Of a stretch of DNA of 64,000 nucleotides, positions 54,930 to 64,000 are shown piece after piece. Both the position numbers and the translations under genes were made by a program. Numbering within the stretch: the first letter of the stretch is position 1; each line of letters begins with the position of its first letter. The notes below the pieces were generated by a model, which was given only the letters and a program-made list of their open reading frames with translations, had not been told where the DNA came from and did not search any database. The DNA is taken from positions 2,914,001-2,978,000 of the forward strand of contig JANJGN010000049.1 of the NCBI GenBank assembly GCA_026770705.1. Direction: 5' to 3'. The stretch comes from Isurus oxyrinchus. Taxonomy: Eukaryota.

Positions 54930-55310
54930 CAACATCATTATAATCATCATTAGTATTGTCATCCAAATCATCATCAGCACCATCATATTCAGCACCCTCA
55001 TACACATCATCCTCATCATCATCATTATTATTATCCTCACCCACATGAACATCACCATCATCATCAGCATCGCTACTATTATCATCATCCTGAGCATCAA
55101 CATTATCATTACCATTATCATCCTTATCACTGTCGTCTTCTTGCTCTTCTTCTTCTTCGTCTTGCTCTTCTTCTTCTTCTTCGTCTTGCTCTTCCTCTTC
55201 TTCTTCATCTTGCTCTTCTTCTTCTTCTTGCTCTTCATCTTCTTCTTATTATTATTATTAGTAGTAGTAGTATTACTATTATCATCATTATTCTTTCTTC
55301 TTCTTCCTCT
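54930..55310 (+). repeat. Compound trinucleotide repeat (ATC, TTC, TTA, GTA)
   Basis: Directly visible; includes a higher-order ttgctcttcttcttc unit. Confidence 0.92.
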
Positions 55311-55699
55311 CCATGTAGTCACCCACTTCTCTTGCACTGCCACTGCCCTTATGTCTCTCACATCTGTATCTTTCCATCTGATCTTGATCATTTATTTTCC
55401 CTTTGTTTCCCACAGTCCAACCAACAACACTAAGGTCACCATGCGTCCTCTTGCCCAACGTGACTGCACAATTTCAACGATGACCATGTGAACTCAGTAT
55501 CTTCTTGCCTTTTTTCTCCAATTCCTCCAGAATCTGCAGTGACCTCTGATCCTGTACTTCCTTATCACTTCAAACAACCATCTCCACACCTGCAACACAG
55601 TCGTTTTTCCTCACTTCCTGAAGTTACCTAGTATTTCGCAGGACATAAAAAGTAAGAGTCTTCAATTTCCTATATTCTATACTCAACCTTGTTCTCAAT

Positions 55700-57850
55700 C
55701 ATTTTCTTCCTGACATTTGCCATACGCAAACGTTTTATTTTCATCTTAATGTATATCTATTTTTTTCTTATGGGTATTCTGGCCTTGCTTGATGAAATTC
55801 CTATTTGATAAATAGTACCTTCACACTCCCTGAAATACTCATCTTTGAAGGTATCCAATTGTTCAGTTAGCGTTTCTCCCGACAACCTTTGGCTCCAACT
55901 TACACCATTCAAATCACTGCTTACCCAATTGAAGCTGACTTTCCCCCAGTTAATTAGTCTTACTCTGGATTATTCAGTGTTCGTTTCGAAAGTCAGCCGA
56001 AATCTTACTATACTGTGAACATTCTCCATTAAACATTCTCCCACTGACACTTGATCCAATTGCCCACCTCATTTCCAACAACCGGATCAAGCAGCAACAT
56101 ATTTCTGAATGCAGCAGAAACGAATGCTGTAGAAAATAATACCTGAAGAAAGTCTGGAAATAATTGCCCACCATCCCACACCAGAGCCCCTCCCCCGCAA
56201 ACCCAGTTTAATTAAAGCTACTACTATCCCAGCATATATTCGGATGTTTAAAGTTCACCTTTATATCTGCCCTATAAATTCCTTGATAATTTATTCCGAT
56301 ACACCCTTTCCACCCTTCCCAATGGTGTCTCATTGACCAATGGAATTGTACCTTTATTTTTTTTGTTACCTTGATCTAACCAAATAGATGCTGTAATGAC
56401 CAGCCCAGGACAGTCTCTTTCGCCAGCACTGCAATGTTCCCGCCGCAGTCCTGGCCACTCTGCTAGTTCAACTCCCATCGCTTCTTGGTTCAACTGCTCT
56501 CTGAAAGCTCGCCTTCCTTATGACTTCTTGGCTAGCTGAATAATCGCCCTTTTTTTGGACACTCTGGTCGTTCGAAAAATCGCCACTTTCCTGGCTCATT
56601 TTGCTGAACTCAAGCCACTTTCATGGATCATCCATCCCCGTAACATTTCGTAGTATTTTTTCCCCAGTGACAGTGATTGCTGAAGTTGCACCTGCAACTT
56701 TGCCCCATGAATTTCTTAGATTATGAGTCTCCTCTACTATAATGGCAGATGCAAAATATCTGTTCCAGTTTTCTGTCATTTCCTTGTTATTGAGTCAGTC
56801 TGGTCCACGAGGGAACGCAACACTTACTTTAGCTCAGCACTTCATTTTTAGATGTTTGTAGATGTCTTCCTTCTTTTCTCTGTGTACATTTCTTGATAGT
56901 TAAATGCAATATTACAAATTATTGAACTTGATCATGTTATTATTTTCAACGTTTGCTGCTTTCCTTGTTTCCCCCAGTCTTCTGGCTGACCACTCAACTT
57001 CACAGCATTGCCCACCTTTACATTACATCTTATATTGTCTTTAACTTGCTTAGTTTGTTGTGTTTTGTGGTTTTCTCGTGGATTTTTCTTCTCTTTTTCA
57101 GTGGAATACAACTTTATTGAGAATTATTCAATCCCTTTCCAATGTCTGTCACCACTACTCCCCCTTCTTATTTCCGAATCCACTCTAGCCTTCATAACAT
57201 TCTAATTGCGTTTTTAAAAAATTTATATTTAAGACGCTCGTTTCGGACCATTGTTTTTCACCTTCAAATTAACTGTGAAACCTTGCCATTTTATGATCAG
57301 CCTTGTCCTTGGGATCATGCATATGTTGTCAAAACAATATTTCATTACAAACGTGCATTAAATCAGTATGGTGAAGGTGGGCTGACATTGGATAAAAATC
57401 TTCCAATCCAACATTGGAGAAACACTGGAAAGAGAAATAACCGGTTGCACTTTTTGGCATCTTCAAAATAACAAAATGTGCTACTTCATAACAGAAACAT
57501 TGGAAAGCAAACATGGTAATTAAATAGGTTCGATTCACTAAATACACAACTATGCAAAAATCAAATACAGCGAATCCAATTATTCCAAGCATAATTGCTT
57601 TTGTTCTGAAATAATGCAGTTTTTTTTAATCGATCAATATCTTAGCCTCTGTAATGATCCAAGCTGATGCTATTTGCGGCTACATTTTCTGTTCCCAGAA
57701 AAATATTAGGAACACTCTGAGCCATTTTTGAATTCCAACCCATGTATTGCTTCACAGCAAAATTTGTACCTATGCACAGTAGCTCCAAGTCCTCGTTTCT
57801 TTAAACATCACAGACCCCAATTAAATTGAAGGATTTTTAAATGCCGCAAC
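55700..57850 (-). mobile_element. Decayed CR1 endonuclease-region fragments
   Basis: Antisense similarity to the CR1 EN region at 45.4-46.2 kb. Confidence 0.5.
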
Positions 57851-57861
57851 AGCCCTCATTT

Positions 57862-60800
57862 CCTTCTGATCCCAGCTAATTTTACTACTGGGCAAGTCAA
57901 CCCCCAGGGTGGAAGCTGGCTTGATATATATTTTTTTTGTGGAGTGTACTTACTGGAAGAAAATCACAGGAGTCTCCGATAGATTTTTTTTAACAAAACT
58001 ATAAAACATTCATTAACCAGAAACATTGACTATATTACAGTAGGCAACAGAAAGCTTAGAAATGCTTCAACACAGACATCGAGGAAAAAAGATTCAAACT
58101 CATGCAATTCCTTTTTATCCTGGAATTTCAAACAGACCCAAAACACTAGTGAAGAGGTACGCCTATTTCCACATCAAGGCTAGAGGCGGTTCAGTTGCAA
58201 AGAGGTTTATCTTCTTTTAGACTTCTGAACATTCATTAGAATGCCTTCCACAATTGCTTTCTCCCTTGAGATATCCAGAAAACGCGCCAAGATTGACTAT
58301 ACTTTAAATATTGAACCATGTACATGAGTACCTTCAATTCATTTGCTCGGCTGTCTGTCATCATTTCGAGCAAGACACTGAGTCTGAAACATTTTTTGTC
58401 TGTTTCCGGTAGGATTCACACACCAAGTGAACTAAAACATTCCATTCCTTGCCTCCCCCTGACTCTCTGATGCGTTCTTTCCCATCCATCCCCTGTTGTT
58501 CGTTACCAGCACACTATTCGTTCGTACCTTTCTTGCTGCTTCAACTTTCCTGAAATTTTAAATCCAGGGTAACCAAACTCTTCACTTCAATGGTCATAGA
58601 ACCTGATTAAAAATGTCTTTATACCTAAAGGGCCTGGAGACGTCTTGGTCCCTAAAAAACGAAAAAGCTAAACTGAAACCAAGCCGAGGTTTCAGCTTTC
58701 TTAAACATGTTTTATTTAAATATTAAACTTAAAGTTATATCCTAACATCTCCCCACAAAAAATGAAAATTTATTTTTCAGAAACATTTTCGTTTTAAATT
58801 ACCACCTGCTCTTAATACCAATCCCATCTTATTTAGCAGATTTCACTCTAGCTCTGGCAATGTATTTATAAAAAAAATAATATTTTTCCATAAGAATCAA
58901 CTACTGCACAAGCCCATTTTGATCACGATGTTCATCTTCCTCCATATGTGCTGTTGTTAAAGCACCTGTTTCTTTATTGTCTCTTCCCACTGCTTGAATG
59001 CCTTGTCAAATGTTATATTTGTCGCACTAAACCCCGCCGCAATTGTGTCAGATTCTTGTTATGAAACTGTGGTAAAGTGGTTAAAGCATTATGGTTCATA
59101 CATGAAAAAGTCGCTGCAGATCTGCTGAAATATGGCTTTTAAAGTGTTCTATCGCCAAGATGAAACGCAGACTCTCCTTTTCGATAGTTGAGTATTTCTT
59201 ACGAAACGAATTTAACTTTCCAGAGATGTAACTGACTGATCCACATATCGTCCCCCTGTACCAAAACTGCACCAGCATCCATGTTGGGGGCATGAACAGC
59301 CAATTTAAATGACTTGGAACAATTTGGTGCTGCTAAAACCAGTGCAATGGTTAGTACAGTTTTCAAGCTATCAAAGACACTCTGAGACTCCTCTGGTAAT
59401 TCAAACATTTTGCCATTCTTCAAGAATCCTTTTAGAAAAGCCCCTAAGGTGCTGAAATTCCGAATAAATCTACCCTGCCTGTATACACAAAATCCTCCTC
59501 TTTGTTTTAGAAATTGGAAAATCGAAGAAAGCCTTTATTTTTGCTTGTCTAGCTGTTACTTGGCATTGACAAACAATTTAGACCACATATGCCACTCGTG
59601 CTTTGGCAAATTCACGCTTTGCAAAACTTATGACCAAATTGGCTCTTTGTAATCCATCATTTTTTTTCTCAAGTTTTGTAAATGTTATTCTAAATTATGG
59701 CCTAACATAAATATTTAATCAATATATACAACAACATAGTATGCATGTTGTCCTTTTGACTAACTAGTATACAGATTCATTGCAGTACCTGTCACGATCA
59801 TTATAACGTCAAACCCCAAATACCTTCTAGCAACTTAAACTTCACAGCTGCCTTTTCAAATGAAGTGAAACTACTATTAGCCAAATCCTGTAAATGTAAA
59901 TTTAGCCACGTGCAGAAGATTTCCAGTTAAATCAAATTCCTCGGAGGAATCAACATCATCCTCTGAAAGGCTATCCAGCCTTTCTTCCTTTATTCAAACC
60001 TAATCTCCATTTAATCATGCTTTGTGAGCTCTTCCTCTTTTGGAAACTCAAGTTCAAGATATTGTATTTTCATTTTTTCAATCTTTGCTTTGCTCCTAGT
60101 TACAATCAGGGTTTTTCTATTTCATTCCTCCTCCCTTTTCCAATTCGAGATTGTTTTTTTCATGTCCGTTGATTTTGCTTTTCCCCTTTCTCTCATTTTC
60201 CTTTCTTTCAGATTCATTTTTTGCTAATTTCCCTGTATTTCTATAATTAGAGGTTTTTCATTTCTCTTTCTCGTTTTCTTCTAATCCAAATCTGCTCATT
60301 TCTCTTTCAGTTTATTTTTCCTCCAATGCAAGTTCTTTTTTGTTCATCTGTGTAGGAATCTTATCTAACTGTTGCTGTGATAGATCATTTTAATTCTAAA
60401 TGCCGGTTAAGTGCTTTAATCATATCATCTTTACAAAATGCTGGTTTTCTTTCTGCATTATATTGATGAGTTAACTCTGTCAGTGTAGTCTTAGTTAAGG
60501 ATGTTCAATAATCCACAGTTACATCTTCTGTTCCTAAAAGAAATTAGCAACAATCAAGGCAAACATTGAATTCCAATCTGTGCATTAATTTACAGCAAAT
60601 CTTGCAGAGTACCTCAGCTCCCTCGTTTCTTTAAGGGTTCAAAGATCCCACATAAATTCAAGAATTTTTAATTCTGCTAGAGCCCTCACTTTCTTATGAC
60701 CCCAACTGATGTTATTACGTGACATGTTAGATTCAACAATGGAATTTGGCTTCAGAGACCTTAATTTTTTTTTTTAACTGTGGGAAGTACGTTTTGAAAG

Positions 60801-61563
60801 AGATTCGCAGGAGTCTGCTGTTGACTTTTTTTACAAAACGCTTAAAAGTTCTTAAATAAGCAACATTAACTAAAGTACATTAGTCAACGAAAAATGTTGG
60901 AGATATTTGAACACAAGCACCAAGGAAAAATATTTAAAATCCCGCCATCCTTTTTATGCCAGCCATACCCCATACGGACAGAACATTCCAGTACCACGAT
61001 TCCCGCAATAAGGCTAACACTGGTTCAGTTGCAAAGAGTTTATTTTCTAGTAGACTTCGAAAAGCTCATTCGATTTTTTTTCCACGATTCGTATCTACCT
61101 TGCGTTATCCACGAAACTCACTTTAAATTGAAAATTACTCAGTTTTATACCAATACGTTTCAACTCCTTAGACTCCTTTCCCCAAACACCTGGCAGCTTA
61201 TCCTACTGGAGAGAGAGTCTTAGCTATTTCCTACCTTCACGTTGTTGTATACCTACCAACTGAACTAATATCTGCATTTGTCTATGGGGCTCACTCTGAT
61301 CCCCTGTTGTCGGGCAATACCAGTTTTTTATTTCACTACTTTTTCTGTTTGTTTCAACTTTCTTAAAGTACCAACCGCTTTTTAATGCATCTCTTCAAAT
61401 CAAGAGTCGGAAATCTCACTAAAAAATGCATGTGTACATAGAGGGCCTGGAGACTTCCTGGCTACATCTGAAAAAGAATCTCTAACATGAAAACAAACCC
61501 AGGTTTCACCTTTCTCTACACCCGAATAAAAATTGAACTGAAAGCTATGCCTTGTTCCTAACA
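57862..61563 (-). mobile_element. Internally deleted Gypsy-type LTR retrotransposon (LTRs ~57862-58747 and ~60692-61563)
   Basis: Diverged direct repeats share caggagtct, agggcctggagac and cctaaca ends. PPT-like tract next to 58748; tRNA-Pro PBS-like sequence at ~60672-60690. RT-connection/RNase H remnants FDSLKTVL..VLAAP..KSFKLAV and KYSTIEKE. Confidence 0.8.
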
Positions 61564-61859
61564 TCAACAAATACAAACATACCTTACTTAAACCTATATT
61601 TGGTTCTTAACACATATCAGCATCAATTGTATTTTAAGCATTAGTTCATTTCCACAACCAATAATTCATGCAGGCAAATATTGTCTTAATATCACTGACT
61701 GCTAATACTGGGCCCAAGGTAACTTTACACCATTACTGACATTGCAACAAAATGGATTTGTAAAGTTCCCTTTTTGAAATTCAAGCTGATGGTTTGTTTT
61801 CATGCAACGTCGGAGTTGCATTTGTGAAGACAACATCCACTTCTATATTTGTATTACAG

Positions 61860-62078
61860 AGACAAAAATACCTGGAAAAACTCAGCGAGTCTTACACCAT
61901 CTGCCGAGAGTAATACAGTTGATGTTCCGAGTCCATATGATTCTTCATCTGATGAAGAGTCATACGGACTCGAAATGTCAACTGTATTAATCTCGGCAGA
62001 TGCTGTCAGACCTGCTGTTTGTCCAGGCATTTTTGATTTTGTTTCAGATTTCAGCATCCGCAGTATTTTGCGTTTACA
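61860..62078. mobile_element. Near-perfect palindromic Penelope-type repeat with hammerhead-like core
   Basis: Axis at ~61949; CTGATGA(61949-55)-A-GAGTC-ATACG-GACTC-GAAA(61972-75). Confidence 0.75.
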
Positions 62079-62499
62079 TGTGTATTGTTGTCTGAAACTA
62101 TGGAAAGTGATGGCAGAGGCTCCAAAGTTCTTTCCATCACATAACTGACCAAAATAATCTCCCGATTTACTTTTGCCAATGTTGTGCATGGAAGCGTTTG
62201 CAGTTTGCTAGTCAATTTGTTTGGCTGCATAATGAACTGCCCTCCTTTACCCATCAAAGCCAGTGGGAGGACGGAGCTGGAGGTGTTTTTTTTTTTTGCC
62301 GTTCGGTCACAACAGCGACTGCTTGAAGGCTGGGACGTTACCTATTATATTAAGGTTCATTTCCGAGTTTAAACCAATTGACAGTCGAGGAGCCAGTTCC
62401 AAACTCATTGAACGATTTGAAAAGGCAGATTCGCTAAAACTGACTTGGAAATTCATTTCTTGTTATTTGACAAAAAGCATGATTTGAACTGTGATTCCC

Positions 62500-64000
62500 C
62501 ACGCAGCCATAATCCCGATATACAAATACAAAATTTCATTATTTGCTACATTTGTAACATTCTATGTGACATTAAAGAGAAGTTGGGGCCGGTCGTGTCT
62601 AATGGCATGTTATAGCCTTTGCCTTTCTCAGTGGCAGATGTCGCAGGTTTGGAAGGTTCTGTGGAATGCGGCTTGTTGAGATGCTGCAGTTCATCCACCA
62701 AGGTCCACTCTACTTTGCACCCATGGTGGAGGGAGTGTTTTTATTTTAAAATGATTGGTATGATGCCAATCAAGAGAGCCGAATTTTCTTGAATATTTTC
62801 TGAAATCTTGAGTATAATTGTTCATGCACTCTAGCCGGAAATGAAAGAATATTCATCCACTGTTTTGTTATGTGCATTATAGACCGTGGTCAGGCTTTGG
62901 AGACTGAAGAGAATAATTACTCCTTGCACTTTTCGCAGTTTCTTATCTGCTACTGCAGTGAAAGCATTTATATGTTCTTCCAGTTTATTTTCTAATCAGA
63001 GTTAACCCCCAACATTTTGATGATGAGAGATTCTATGGTTTACTGCTGTTTATTATTTTTTAAATTTACTTCATGGAATGAGAGCATTGTCAGCAAGGCA
63101 AACAATTGTTATCCATTCCTAAGGTACATGAAAAGAGTCACTTGCTGTACCATGTCACTTCCAGCTGCGGTTAAGATTCAACCACATTGCTGTCGGTCTG
63201 GAATCATATGAAAATGCCGCACCGTGCCTTCTCTGAAGGGTATTAGTGAACCAGGTTTCTGTTTTTAATGAAAATTGGCAATAATTTCATGGGCACCATT
63301 ACTGAGACTGGCTTTCAATTCCAGATTTATTAATTGAAATTGAAATCCATCAACGATTGTGGGATTCCAAACCATGCCCACAGAACATTAGCCTTGACCT
63401 TTGGATTCCGAGTACAGTGAAGTTACCACTATGAAACTATCTACACCACTTCGTGTTGCAGTGTTTAGATTTTCTTTCTTGGAGATGCCAATTATCTGAC
63501 TTTTACGTGGTGTTATTGTTACTTGTCACTTCACAACTGAAGCCTGTTGAATATGTGCAAAGTTTGCTTCATTTTCTGTGCAGTCCTGAATGTGCAAACA
63601 TCAACTCACAACACGACTTCCGATATAAAATTGAGGTAATGCCATTTATAGAGCTTTTGGTTGTGGCTCGGCATTGTACACAAACCTGAGCAATACGTGT
63701 AGGGTTTTGACGAGGCTGGGGTGATGAGCTTCCAACAACCAGAAATATTTAATTTACGCTGCCTGTCAGTGGAGAGCTCCCCATCCCCTCCAATTTCCAT
63801 TGACTTCATTTATCTAAGGATACTGCATGCCACACTCGTTTTAATGTCGTCTTAATACCAAGTGTTACCGTCCCTCAATTGTGGTCGTTTGAGAATATTT
63901 GAGCCAAGTCCATAATGGTGAGAGGAGCCGAGTGATACTTGAAGAAATCAGAGAGAGCATCAGGTACACGTTATTTCTGTTTAGTTACAAAATGGAACTT
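62500..64000 (-). mobile_element. Old CR1-group LINE/SINE fragments
   Basis: Similar to the minus-strand tails at 32840-33120 and 34000-34340. Confidence 0.45.

Noticed and set aside
54925-55491. 188-aa hydrophobic ORF resembling a membrane protein
   Set aside because: Translation of a trinucleotide microsatellite.

Overview
Eukaryotic, AT-rich, repeat-dense vertebrate DNA. The repeat content (many decayed CR1 LINEs, Penelope-type palindromic elements, Gypsy LTRs, a Vingi-like LINE) suggests a cartilaginous fish such as a shark; this is inference. The main feature is a cluster of five paralogous class A (rhodopsin-like) GPCR loci most similar to GPR139/GPR142. One copy looks intact: join(35485..35554,37807..38717), 326 aa. 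Three are two-exon pseudogenes (minus ~10280-12610, minus 20107-25626, plus 47676-50935) and one is a heavily decayed relic (~2140-2980). All four two-exon copies have a 70-nt first coding exon ending in a phase-1 GT donor, which the ORF track does not recover as the gene start. Three copies share a proximal promoter with an Olf1/EBF-like site and a TATA-like box, two of them with an adjacent homeodomain site. The same three also share an upstream ~35-bp degenerate minisatellite. Together this suggests a birth-and-death, possibly chemosensory receptor family, which is a hypothesis to test. Most other ORFs in the track are TE remnants or noise. TE boundaries are approximate and were read by eye.
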